Made by a program: the position numbers and the translations under genes | The notes under the pieces: generated by a model | The model's database searches: none | What the model saw: only the letters and a program-made list of their open reading frames with translations | Told to the model about the DNA's origin: nothing | Assembly: GCA_030533005.1 (NCBI GenBank) | Contig: JAUNJX010000002.1 | Coordinates: 6,429-70,428 of the forward strand | From: Clostridia bacterium | Lineage (GTDB): Bacteria; Bacillota; Clostridia; Christensenellales; CAG-138 | Length of the DNA stretch: 64,000 nt | Reading direction: 5' to 3' | In this document: one piece after another, positions 35,566-44,206 of the stretch | How positions within the stretch are numbered: position 1 is the stretch's first letter | Layout: the number at the start of each line of letters is the position of its first letter

Positions 35566-37176
35566 TCAGGCGGGCTTGTTGGCGGTGAGCTTCTTGATGA
35601 CGATCAGCGTGCCGATCATCAGCACGATGGAGATGGGCAGCACCAAGAGGTTCTGCATGATACCCGCAAGCAGGTAGCACACGAAGGAGACCGCCGCCAC
35701 GGTCAGCGCGTAGGGAAGCTGCGTGGAGACATGGTTCACATGGTCGCACTGGCCGCCGGTGGAGGCCATGATGGTGGTGTCCGAGATGGGGGAGCAGTGA
35801 TCGCCGCACACAGCGCCCGCAAGGCACGCGGATACGCCGATGATGAGCAGCTCGCTCTCCGCCGGGATGCAGGCCACCACGATGGGCAGGAGTATGCCAA
35901 ACGTGCCCCAGCTCGTGCCGGTGGAGAAAGAAAGGCCGATGGCCACGAGGAAGATGATGGCGGGCAGGAAGATGGCAAGCCCGCGCGCGCTGTTTTCTAC
36001 GATGCCCGCGACGAATACGTCAGCACCCAAGAGGCCGGTCATGGCCTTGATGCCCCACGCCATGGTGAGAATGAGGATGGCGGGCACCATGGTCTTAAAC
36101 CCGTCGGGGATGGAGGAGGCCACCTGCTTGAAGGTGAGCACCTTGCGGCAGATGAAGTAGACGCAGGTGAGCAGCAGCGCCACGGTGGAGCCAAGCGCTA
36201 AGCCAAAGGCCGCGTCGCAGTTTGCGAAGGAATTGATGAAGGTCTCGCCGCCAAAGAAGCCGCCGGTGTAGATCATGCCCAGCACACAGCTGACGATCAG
36301 CAGGATCATGGGGAGGATCAGATCAATCACGCGGCCGTTCTCATTGAAGTTTTCATCCTCGGATTCGCCGTAGGGGCGCGCGTCCGTGGTGAACAGGTCG
36401 CCCTTTCTGGCATTCTCCTCATGCTTTTTCATGGGGCCGTAATCGAACTTCATCAGCGTGATGGAGATGACCATGACGATGGTGAGGATGGAGTAGAAGT
36501 TGTAGGGAATGGCATTGACGAACAGCGTCAGGCCGTCCACGCCCTCCACCACGCCCGTGACCGCCGCCGCCCAGCTTGAGATGGGCGCGATCATGCAGAT
36601 GGGGGCCGCCGTGGCGTCGATGATGTAGGAGAGCTTGGCGCGGGAAACGCCGTATTCATCCGTGACGGGGCGCATGACGGAGCCAACGGTGAGACAGTTG
36701 AAATAGTCGTCTACAAAGATCAGCACGCCCAGCAGGAAGGTCGCAAGCGTGGCCTGCTCTCTGGTCTTGATCTTGTTGCGTGCCCAGCGGCCATAGGCGG
36801 CGGAGCCGCCCGCGCGGTTCATCAGCACCACGAAGATGCCGAGTACCACAAGGAACATCAGGATACCCACGTTCCAGCTGTCGGACAGGTTTGCGATGAA
36901 GCCGTCCTGCACGAGCGTGGTCAGTGCCAGCTCCAGATTGAAGCCGGAATACAAAAGCGCGCCCATGAGGATGCCGAAGAACAGGGAGGAATAGACCTCC
37001 TTGGTGATGAGCGCCAGCGCGATGGCCACCAGCGGGGGCACGAGGGACCAGAAGGTGGCGTAGAGGCTGCTCTGGTATTCCTCGCCGTCCGCGGCGAGCG
37101 CAACGGCGCTTACGCACACCATGAGCGCGATCATGATGGCGAGCAGGAGCTTTCGCCGGTTGGTAAGATGCGTCAT
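35566..37176 (-). CDS. nhaC: NhaC-family Na+/H+ antiporter-type transporter (candidate lysine-related transporter)
   Basis: ATG 37176 after GGAGGT. Multi-TM product with DDYFNCLTVGSVMRPVTD typical of the NhaC family; preceded by a lysine riboswitch. Confidence 0.82.
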   Translation of the reverse strand: MTHLTNRRKLLLAIMIALMVCVSAVALAADGEEYQSSLYATFWSLVPPLVAIALALITKEVYSSLFFGILMGALLYSGFNLELALTTLVQDGFIANLSDSWNVGILMFLVVLGIFVVLMNRAGGSAAYGRWARNKIKTREQATLATFLLGVLIFVDDYFNCLTVGSVMRPVTDEYGVSRAKLSYIIDATAAPICMIAPISSWAAAVTGVVEGVDGLTLFVNAIPYNFYSILTIVMVISITLMKFDYGPMKKHEENARKGDLFTTDARPYGESEDENFNENGRVIDLILPMILLIVSCVLGMIYTGGFFGGETFINSFANCDAAFGLALGSTVALLLTCVYFICRKVLTFKQVASSIPDGFKTMVPAILILTMAWGIKAMTGLLGADVFVAGIVENSARGLAIFLPAIIFLVAIGLSFSTGTSWGTFGILLPIVVACIPAESELLIIGVSACLAGAVCGDHCSPISDTTIMASTGGQCDHVNHVSTQLPYALTVAAVSFVCYLLAGIMQNLLVLPISIVLMIGTLIVIKKLTANKPA

Positions 37177-37225
37177 AAGAATGATACCTCCAAGAAAAAA
37201 TAGTGCTGCGGATGCGTGCCGCGCG

Positions 37226-37257
37226 AAAAAAGTGGCCGGAGCGATTGCACCGGCCAC
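37226..37257 (-). terminator. riboswitch expression-platform terminator
   Basis: Minus strand GTGGCCGG-TGCAATCGCT-CCGGCCAC followed by TTTTTT, about 50 nt upstream of the nhaC start. Confidence 0.75.
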
Positions 37258-37299
37258 ATGCGCACAGCGTATATAGCGAACAATAGCGCTCCACAATGA

Positions 37300-37465
37300 A
37301 CGTATGTCACTGTGACAGTCAAACGGATGTTTTCCGCCTGCCCAGCAAAAAGCCCGCAAGCTGCTTCCTGCTTCGGCGGCCCGCCCTTTCCCGTAGCGTC
37401 GTCATCCCTTGCGGACTCGTCTACGGTACTTTTGCGCGCCGCGCCTCTATCGACTCCGTATGAAA
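37300..37465 (-). promoter_or_regulatory. lysine riboswitch (L box)
   Basis: The minus-strand RNA GAUAGAGGCGCGGCGCGCAAAAGUA...GGGAAAGGGCGGGCCGCCGAAGCAGGA...UUUGCUGGGCAGGCGG...GACUGUCACAGUG aligns block by block with the B. subtilis lysC L box (AGAGGUGC, AGUA, GAAAGGGG, GCCGAAGCA, UGCUGG, CUGUCA). Confidence 0.85.
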
Positions 37466-37499
37466 TTTGCAAAGAGCGGTTTCTGACCACTTATGGCGA

Positions 37500-37528
37500 A
37501 TTATAGCCGCTTTACGGCTTCTTGTCAA
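37500..37528 (-). promoter_or_regulatory. promoter of the riboswitch-nhaC unit
   Basis: Minus strand TTGACA (complement of 37523-37528), 17-nt spacer, TATAAT (complement of 37500-37505). Confidence 0.6.
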
Positions 37529-37643
37529 CGTTTGTCAAGAAAATGGAGTGGAAGTAGCGTTGATTATGAATAATCCAGCACGGAAAATGGCAATTCCCTC
37601 GATGTTCGATTCTTCATATACCTTGTTTTTGCTTTTCCGTACT

Positions 37644-39038
37644 CTATTGAATATTCCTTGAGCCGACGACGCTTTCGGTAATGGTGTCGTAAACAATGAT
37701 GTTTAACCCCGAGCCTGACAGTTGCTGCTCTCGGCTGCCGACGATCACCCCGATGCCATCGTCGGTTCCAGCTTTAAAGAAAACATCATCTATCATTTCC
37801 GACACGGATATCGGTTGCTTTCCCGATGCTATATTTATATCATGTTTTCCCTTGATGATCGCAGCGCAATAAATATCGTTGTCGTTAAAATCGATCAAAT
37901 ATCCAGCCTGCGACAGCAACGCCTCCGCTCTGTCCCGCTGAGCCGCATCGGCAAAGCTTCCCGAAAGCAGGATGATGTGGTTATCGGAATCGATGTATTG
38001 CATGAAATCATTGTCGTCTGCCGCTATTGCCAGCTTATAGGTCCGTATCCACTTGCTGTATTCTAAGTAATCCTCGTCCCAGAATGCGTATTCCTCATCG
38101 TCCTTGTGACTATCAACATAATAATGTTGGTTGATCTGGCGTCCGATATAAGCTGTCATCTTTTCCATTCCGTATATATTAAGGTGTCCTTGATCCCACA
38201 TATCCCTGCCGAAATCCAAACCAATATCATCTATCAGGTGGAAAAAGTTATAATACGCGACATTATTCTCTGCGGCTATCTTGGATATGGAATTCGCTAT
38301 GGTTTGTGTGGTGATACCGGCACAATACGGGGCCGTATATAATATCAACTGGCATTCGTTTTCTTTGCACAGCCGAATTATCTTATTCAAATACTCTTTA
38401 TTCATGTCGTTGATATCGCAAAGCTGCGATTCATCCACTATTTGGGGAGCTTCGAAAGCAGTGTGTCTGGGACGCGAAATATATGCTCCTCTTGAAAATG
38501 CATTCACTTTTGAAGTGGAAAAAATAAAGTCGTCGGTCGTTAATGTATCCCATCTGGAGTGGTAAAGATAAAAAGGAGCATAGTATTCAGTTCGGTTGTG
38601 TTCATTTTCAACAAGATCATTTATTGCATTGATTTTTATAAAAGACAGTGGGTATGCATCCAGAGATCTGTGAAGCTCTTGATTGCCACCAACCGCTTCA
38701 GTACCTGCTGAATGCATTTCCAGTACAATAATTTGCGGTGATTGCCTTTTCATTTCAAGGTTGATCATATTATAAGAATTTGGCAAGGACTGGCTTGATG
38801 TGGAATAAACAAATGAAGAATATCCGTAATCATTCCAAAGCTGCATGGGTAAGATTGAGCAAAATGAATGACTGGAACCGAAAAACATTATATCAATACA
38901 GTTGTCCCTAAGATCATTTTTTGCACGAAAGGGCGGCTCGTGTTTTAGCAAAAGCACATCTGATGCGATAAATATGCTAAAAGCCAATATGCACATAAAT
39001 ATTAAAAAGCTTACTATTTTTATTACTCTTTTCTTCAT
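37644..39038 (-). CDS. membrane-anchored SGNH/DltD-AlgX-like accessory protein of an MBOAT acyltransferase
   Basis: N-terminal TM segment, FFGSSHSF (block I-like) and DMWDQGHLN (D-x-x-H block V-like). Immediately downstream of the MBOAT gene in AT-rich DNA. Confidence 0.7.
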   Translation of the reverse strand: MKKRVIKIVSFLIFMCILAFSIFIASDVLLLKHEPPFRAKNDLRDNCIDIMFFGSSHSFCSILPMQLWNDYGYSSFVYSTSSQSLPNSYNMINLEMKRQSPQIIVLEMHSAGTEAVGGNQELHRSLDAYPLSFIKINAINDLVENEHNRTEYYAPFYLYHSRWDTLTTDDFIFSTSKVNAFSRGAYISRPRHTAFEAPQIVDESQLCDINDMNKEYLNKIIRLCKENECQLILYTAPYCAGITTQTIANSISKIAAENNVAYYNFFHLIDDIGLDFGRDMWDQGHLNIYGMEKMTAYIGRQINQHYYVDSHKDDEEYAFWDEDYLEYSKWIRTYKLAIAADDNDFMQYIDSDNHIILLSGSFADAAQRDRAEALLSQAGYLIDFNDNDIYCAAIIKGKHDINIASGKQPISVSEMIDDVFFKAGTDDGIGVIVGSREQQLSGSGLNIIVYDTITESVVGSRNIQ

Positions 39039-39051
39039 AGCACTCTCCCGC

Positions 39052-40536
39052 TCAAAATTGGAAATAGATGAATGAGGCTGCGGAAAACTCGGGTCCGTAA
39101 TACCCGAATATCAAGACAAACAGCAAAGCAGCTATTATGAATCCCCAGCGGAACCATAACTCCTGCTTATTCAAAAAACTTATAAAGTTGAAATTCCGTC
39201 TTCTCAGTATGCCAGCAAACAGCAATATCCCTATGGATATCAAGGCAAGGCTCACATTTTCTCTGTTCAAGCCCAATGTATACAAGGATTCGTCAAAAAG
39301 CACACCCGGATTAAGGTCTATGAACATACGCCGTATTATCTGAAAAGCGTCCGATAGGCTTTCCGCCCGGAAAAATATCCATGTAAAACTGACCAGTATA
39401 AATGTAAACACAATGCTTATCAGCTTATGACTGAAGCAGTCTCTGTTTATTTTAAATCGTGAAGCTATAGCGTCGCGTGCCTTTTTTGTGACGGACGACG
39501 TGATCTGAAACAAGCCGTTGAGACCTCCCCAGACGACAAAGCTCCAATTCGCGCCGTGCCACAGACCGCTGACCAAAAAAACTATCATCGTGTTCAAATA
39601 TTTCCGCAGCTTGCCTTTTCTGTTTCCGCCCAAGGGGATATATAAATAATCCCGAAACCACGAGGTAAGCGATATGTGCCACCTGTTCCAAAACTCAATA
39701 ATGGATGTAGAAAGATAGGGTGTGTCGAAATTATTCATGAGTCGAAAGCCCATGACCTCTGCCGCCCCTTTGGCTATAGCCGAATATCCGTAAAAATCGC
39801 AGTATATTTGCACGGCGAAAAAGAATGTAGCTACGATCAGATAAAACCCTGTGTACATCTGATAATTCATGTAGACCTGATCGACGATCACCGCAATTCT
39901 GTCCGCAATGACCAGCTTTAAGAAATAACCCCATAGCATAAGGAGTATTCCGCTTTTTGCATTGTCGGCGTTGAAGCAGTGGCGCTCATCTATCTGGTGC
40001 AGTAGATTTTTGGACCGTTCAATGGGTCCCGCGACAAGCTGAGGAAAGAAGGAAACAAACAGTGCATACTTCAGAATATTTTTCTGGGGCTCGATCTCGC
40101 CTCTGTATACATCCATTGTATAGCTCAGTGCCTGGAAAGTGTAGAAGGATATGCCTACAGGTAATAGAATATCAAGCTTGGGTACAGACATTGAGATGTT
40201 TACCAAGGAAAGCAGCGAGCTGAGGTTGCTCGCCAAAAAATCGAAATACTTAAAGAAAATGAGAATAAGGAGATTGAGAGTAAAGCTTAGTGCGACCCAA
40301 AGCTTAGGCGATGCTGTTCGCAACACCCCGGGGGGAGTTATCTTTATAAGAATGCCGCTTAAATATGTAATGACAGTAGAAACAGCCAGCAAGAACGCGT
40401 ATGTGGGATTCCAGCACATGTAAAAGTAATAGCTTGCTATCAGCAAGAAAATGTATCGGATTTTGTGCGGAATCACAAAATAAACAAGGCATACTGTTGG
40501 AAAAAAAAGCAGGAATTCGATTGAATTAAAAAGCAT
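39052..40536 (-). CDS. MBOAT-family O-acyltransferase (AlgI/DltB-like)
   Basis: MLFNSIEFLLFFP... N-terminus and RWHISLTSWFRDYLYIPLGGNR with the conserved MBOAT His; about 10 TM segments. Confidence 0.9.
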   Translation of the reverse strand: MLFNSIEFLLFFPTVCLVYFVIPHKIRYIFLLIASYYFYMCWNPTYAFLLAVSTVITYLSGILIKITPPGVLRTASPKLWVALSFTLNLLILIFFKYFDFLASNLSSLLSLVNISMSVPKLDILLPVGISFYTFQALSYTMDVYRGEIEPQKNILKYALFVSFFPQLVAGPIERSKNLLHQIDERHCFNADNAKSGILLMLWGYFLKLVIADRIAVIVDQVYMNYQMYTGFYLIVATFFFAVQIYCDFYGYSAIAKGAAEVMGFRLMNNFDTPYLSTSIIEFWNRWHISLTSWFRDYLYIPLGGNRKGKLRKYLNTMIVFLVSGLWHGANWSFVVWGGLNGLFQITSSVTKKARDAIASRFKINRDCFSHKLISIVFTFILVSFTWIFFRAESLSDAFQIIRRMFIDLNPGVLFDESLYTLGLNRENVSLALISIGILLFAGILRRRNFNFISFLNKQELWFRWGFIIAALLFVLIFGYYGPEFSAASFIYFQF

Positions 40537-40630
40537 AAATCACCCGTATCCAATGAATTATTAGTTAACATATTGACAGCATAATGGTATATATTTCTCA
40601 ATCATTTTATATACCAAGGAGAGAAAAGCT

Positions 40631-41359
40631 CTATCTTAAAGGACTGTGCTTGGGCACGACGGGCGCGTCCCAGTATAGAAGCGTCCCGTCATAGTTTTGC
40701 GCTAAGTATATGGCGCTGGTGGTCAGCGCATCCACGTCCGGCTTGTTGAGCGTGGCGATCTTGATGATGGCGATGCCGTAGGCGCGCTCCATATCGGGAT
40801 AGAACTGCGTGTCCGAAAGCGCGAAGCCCGCGTGCCGCGCCTGCTCCGAAAACATCACCAGCAGCGGCTCGGAGGGGAAGAACATGTGCAGCCGCACCCG
40901 CCGGGACGCGGGCGTGTAGTCGCCCGCCTTCGCCATGCGCGCGATCATCTCGCGGTTTTGCTCGGTCTGGTATTTCGCGGCGTCGGGGCAAAGCTGCTCG
41001 CCATAGAAGCTCCACGACGGGTCCTCCTGCACGTCCGCGCGGCAGGATAAAAGCTTTTCCTTGGCGTAGGCGTATTCCATGCTCGCAAGCGATACCTTGG
41101 CCTTGCCGTAAAAATAGAACTGGATGCACGTTGCCGTATCTACGCGTCCGGCAAAGAGAAAGCCCTCCTTGACGCATTTTGTTAAAATCGCGTCCGCGTG
41201 GCGGCGGCATCGCCCGTTTATTTCTTTCGGCGCAGAACAATACAGGCGAAACACGAAGGGATAATCCTCCGCGCTTCCCTGCTCGCCCAGCGCGAGATCG
41301 ACGGCGTATTTGGCCGTCTCGCCCTTTTCCTGCCAATCGTATGTGAACCAGTTGGCCAA
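40631..41359 (-). CDS. hypothetical protein (possible DUF695/RraB-like two-domain protein)
   Basis: 242-aa ORF starting 4 nt after the alaS stop, with host-like GC. The family guess is from memory only. Confidence 0.65.
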   Translation of the reverse strand: MANWFTYDWQEKGETAKYAVDLALGEQGSAEDYPFVFRLYCSAPKEINGRCRRHADAILTKCVKEGFLFAGRVDTATCIQFYFYGKAKVSLASMEYAYAKEKLLSCRADVQEDPSWSFYGEQLCPDAAKYQTEQNREMIARMAKAGDYTPASRRVRLHMFFPSEPLLVMFSEQARHAGFALSDTQFYPDMERAYGIAIIKIATLNKPDVDALTTSAIYLAQNYDGTLLYWDAPVVPKHSPLR

Positions 41360-41362
41360 CGC

Positions 41363-43153
41363 TTACTCCAATACGGCCTTGATGCGGCGCACGCCCGCGC
41401 TGCTGGCCTCCTCCTTTTTGATCTTGAACACGCCCAGGTCGCCCGTGTTGCCAGCGTGCGGCCCGCCGCAGATCTCCTTGGAGAATGTACCCATGGTGTA
41501 TACCTTCACGCGTTCGCCGTACTTGTCGCCGAAAAGACCGATTGCGCCCTGCGCGCGCGCCTCGTCCGGCGTCATTTCCTCGCAGACGATGGGGGCGGCG
41601 GCGGCGATGGCGGCGTTGACGAACGCCTCTACCTCCTTGAGCTCCTCGGGCGTTACCTTGCGGCCAAAGCTAAAGTCAAAGCGCAGGCGCTCCGCCGTGA
41701 TGTTGGAGCCGCGCTGGCTGATGGTGTCGTCCTCCAAGACCTTGCGAAGCCCCGCCTGCAAAAGATGCGTCGCGGTGTGCAGCTTGGCCGTCTGTTCGCT
41801 GGTGTCGGCAAGGCCGCCCTTGAAGCGCTGCTCCGCGCCCGCCTGCGACTTCTTCTGGTGGTTCTCAAACGCCTCCTCAAAGCCCTTCACGTCCACGGTC
41901 AGGCCGTTTTCACGCGCCATCTCCTCGGTGAATTCGATGGGGAAGCCGAAGGTGTCGTACAGGCGGAAGGCGCTTGCACCGTCGATTTTGCCGTCTGTAA
42001 AGCCGCCCTTGATGCGCTCGAACTCGCGCATGCCGTTTTTGAGCGTCTTTTGGAAGCGAAGCTCCTCGCGGTCAAGCTCCTCGTAGATGCGCGCGGCGTT
42101 GTCAGCAAGCTCGCTGTAGAATTTGCCGTACTGCGCGACGACCGCCTCGGCGACCTTCGCCAGACTGCCCTCCGGCATGTCAAGCTGCATGGCGAAGCGG
42201 AGCGCACGGCGGATCAAGCGGCGCAGGATATAGCCCTGATCGACGTTGGAGGGGGTCACGCCGCGCGGGTCGCCCAGCATGAAGGCGGCGCAGCGGATGT
42301 GATCCGCCACGATGCGGAAAGCCTTGATGGTGTCTGCACTGTCCTTGTAATTTTTGCCGGAAAGCTCGCTTATGCGCGCGATGATGCCCGCAAACGCGTC
42401 GGTGTCATAGACGCTCTCCACACCCTGCAGCGTGGCGATGGTGCGATCCAGCCCCATGCCCGTATCGACGTTCTGCTGCGCAAGCGGGGTGAAATGCCCC
42501 TCCGCGTCCTTGTTGTATTCCATAAAGACGTTGTTCCAGATCTCCAGATACTTGCCGCACGAGCAGGAGGGGTCGCAGTCGGGGCAGCATTTGGGCTTGC
42601 CCGTGTCGTAGAAGATTTCGGTATCCGGGCCGCAGGGACCCGTCGTGCCCGCGGGGCCCCACCAGTTATGCTTTTTATCAAGATAGAAGATATGCGAGGG
42701 GTCTACGCCCATCTCCACCCAGCGATCGTGGGAGAAGGTGTCCTGCGGGGCGTTCTCGTCGCCGCGGAAGCAGGTGAAATACAGCTTGTCCTTGGGGATA
42801 TCAAGGTATTCGGGGGAGGTCAAAAACTCCCATGAAAAGGCGATGGATTCCTTCTTGAAATAGTCGCCCAGCGACCAGTTGCCCAGCATCTCAAAGAAGG
42901 TGCAATGGCTCGCGTCGCCCACCTCGTCGATATCGCCCGTGCGCACGCATTTCTGGCAATCCACAAGCCGGACGCCCGCCGGATGCTTTTCGCCCATCAG
43001 ATATGGCACGAGGGGATGCATGCCCGCAGTCGTAAAGAGCACGGTGGGGTCGTTTTCGGGGATGAGGGAGGCAGACGGTATGACGGCATGGCCTTTTTTA
43101 CGGAAAAAGTCCAGATACAGCTCGCGGAGCTCATAGGATTTCAACAAACGCAT
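41363..43153 (-). CDS. alaS: alanine--tRNA ligase, short form (catalytic + editing domains, no C-Ala domain)
   Basis: ATG 43153. Motifs FTTAGMHPLVPY, TFFEMLGNWSLGDYFK, editing HTATHLL and CGGPH. Only 596 aa. Confidence 0.85.
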   Translation of the reverse strand: MRLLKSYELRELYLDFFRKKGHAVIPSASLIPENDPTVLFTTAGMHPLVPYLMGEKHPAGVRLVDCQKCVRTGDIDEVGDASHCTFFEMLGNWSLGDYFKKESIAFSWEFLTSPEYLDIPKDKLYFTCFRGDENAPQDTFSHDRWVEMGVDPSHIFYLDKKHNWWGPAGTTGPCGPDTEIFYDTGKPKCCPDCDPSCSCGKYLEIWNNVFMEYNKDAEGHFTPLAQQNVDTGMGLDRTIATLQGVESVYDTDAFAGIIARISELSGKNYKDSADTIKAFRIVADHIRCAAFMLGDPRGVTPSNVDQGYILRRLIRRALRFAMQLDMPEGSLAKVAEAVVAQYGKFYSELADNAARIYEELDREELRFQKTLKNGMREFERIKGGFTDGKIDGASAFRLYDTFGFPIEFTEEMARENGLTVDVKGFEEAFENHQKKSQAGAEQRFKGGLADTSEQTAKLHTATHLLQAGLRKVLEDDTISQRGSNITAERLRFDFSFGRKVTPEELKEVEAFVNAAIAAAAPIVCEEMTPDEARAQGAIGLFGDKYGERVKVYTMGTFSKEICGGPHAGNTGDLGVFKIKKEEASSAGVRRIKAVLE

Positions 43154-43218
43154 AAACAAACAATCCTTTCCCAATTCAAATATGTCCAAATGTGCACAGC
43201 ACAAAATATACCGCTTAC

Positions 43219-43247
43219 ATTATATAGAAAGCCGCTTTTCTTGTCAA
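43219..43247 (-). promoter_or_regulatory. promoter of alaS
   Basis: Minus strand TTGACA (complement of 43242-43247), 17-nt spacer, TATAAT (complement of 43219-43224). Confidence 0.55.
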
Positions 43248-43269
43248 CGAAGGCGTGTGCGGGTATAAT
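43241..43269 (+). promoter_or_regulatory. promoter of the 43277 gene (leaderless arrangement)
   Basis: TTGTCA (43241-43246), 17-nt spacer, TATAAT (43264-43269). The ATG follows 7 nt later with no Shine-Dalgarno. Confidence 0.5.
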
Positions 43270-43276
43270 AGGGAAC

Positions 43277-44206
43277 ATGAAAACTACGCTATTCAAGCAT
43301 AGGCCGAAAAGACCGGGGGAAAAGCGGAAGCTCAGCTTCACCCTCACGGGGCAGGAGGGCAAGCCGTGGCGCATCGCGCTCATGGGCGCTGCGGCGCTGC
43401 TGCTGGTTCTTCTTATCGTGGCGCTTTCCCGCGTGGAGCCGAATGCGCTTGGCAGCGCGGAGGTGCGCACCATTCAGGATCGCGGGGTACTTCGCGTGGG
43501 CGTCAGGGATGATATACCCGGCATGGGCTTTGCGCAAACGGGTCTGGAGGCGGAGCTTGGGGATATTCTTGCCCAGCGCCTGCTTCCCGACATTCCCGCG
43601 GGCAACAGCGTCAAATACGTCACGGTGGACAGCATGACCATAGGCCCCAAGATCGCGCAGGGCGCCATCGACGTGGCGATCGCCATGATGCCGCAGGGCG
43701 CGCAGCCCAAATTCCTCTACTCCCAGCCCTATTACAGCGACCCCTGCTACTTTATCACCTCCGTCACCACGCAAAGGCTGGTGTTACAGGGGATTCGCGC
43801 CGGGTGCGTGCAGAATACGCCGTCGGCTACGCTTCTGGAAAGCTATGTCGCCGCCCGCCCCAGCGCCAACATCACCATCGTCAAATACGCCTCCTATCCC
43901 GACATGATCGAGGCCGTGATGGAGAGCAACGTCGAGGTGGCGGTGATGACCCAGCTGTATATCGAGAAATATCAGGCGGAAACGGATGTAAATCCGGACA
44001 CGCTCGTACCCTTCATGCCGTATATCTTTCGAGCCAGCGCCGTTTCGCCGGGCACGGTCAATTACTGCATCGCCTGCCCCACGGACACGCCCGCGCTCAT
44101 CACGGTGGCGGATCTGGTGCTGGACGAATTGCAGCAAAGCGGGCAGCTCCAAAGCATGTATACAAAATACGGGCTGGTGCAAGACTATGCCCATGAAGAA
44201 GAATGA
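43277..44206 (+). CDS. membrane-anchored family-3 solute-binding-protein-like protein
   Basis: MKTTLFKHRPKRPGEKRK... then TM segment IALMGAAALLLVLLIVAL, followed by an SBP_bac_3-like body (GVLRVGVRDDIPGMGF). The track ORF from 42905 is an antisense-region extension. Confidence 0.72.
   Translation: MKTTLFKHRPKRPGEKRKLSFTLTGQEGKPWRIALMGAAALLLVLLIVALSRVEPNALGSAEVRTIQDRGVLRVGVRDDIPGMGFAQTGLEAELGDILAQRLLPDIPAGNSVKYVTVDSMTIGPKIAQGAIDVAIAMMPQGAQPKFLYSQPYYSDPCYFITSVTTQRLVLQGIRAGCVQNTPSATLLESYVAARPSANITIVKYASYPDMIEAVMESNVEVAVMTQLYIEKYQAETDVNPDTLVPFMPYIFRASAVSPGTVNYCIACPTDTPALITVADLVLDELQQSGQLQSMYTKYGLVQDYAHEEE

Noticed and set aside
41198-42835. 545-aa plus-strand ORF opposite alaS (also 28950-30020, 33404-34654, 21619-22683 and 23347-24063 opposite pepV, CNNM, murG and the methyltransferase)
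   Set aside because: These are antisense shadows of genes with clear family motifs. None has a credible RBS or a recognisable domain.
43154-43260. T-box leaders upstream of alaS (and of cysS at 19630-19640)
   Set aside because: The alaS leader is only about 60 nt, with no specifier hairpin or T-box sequence. cysS starts 10 nt after the preceding gene, with no leader at all.
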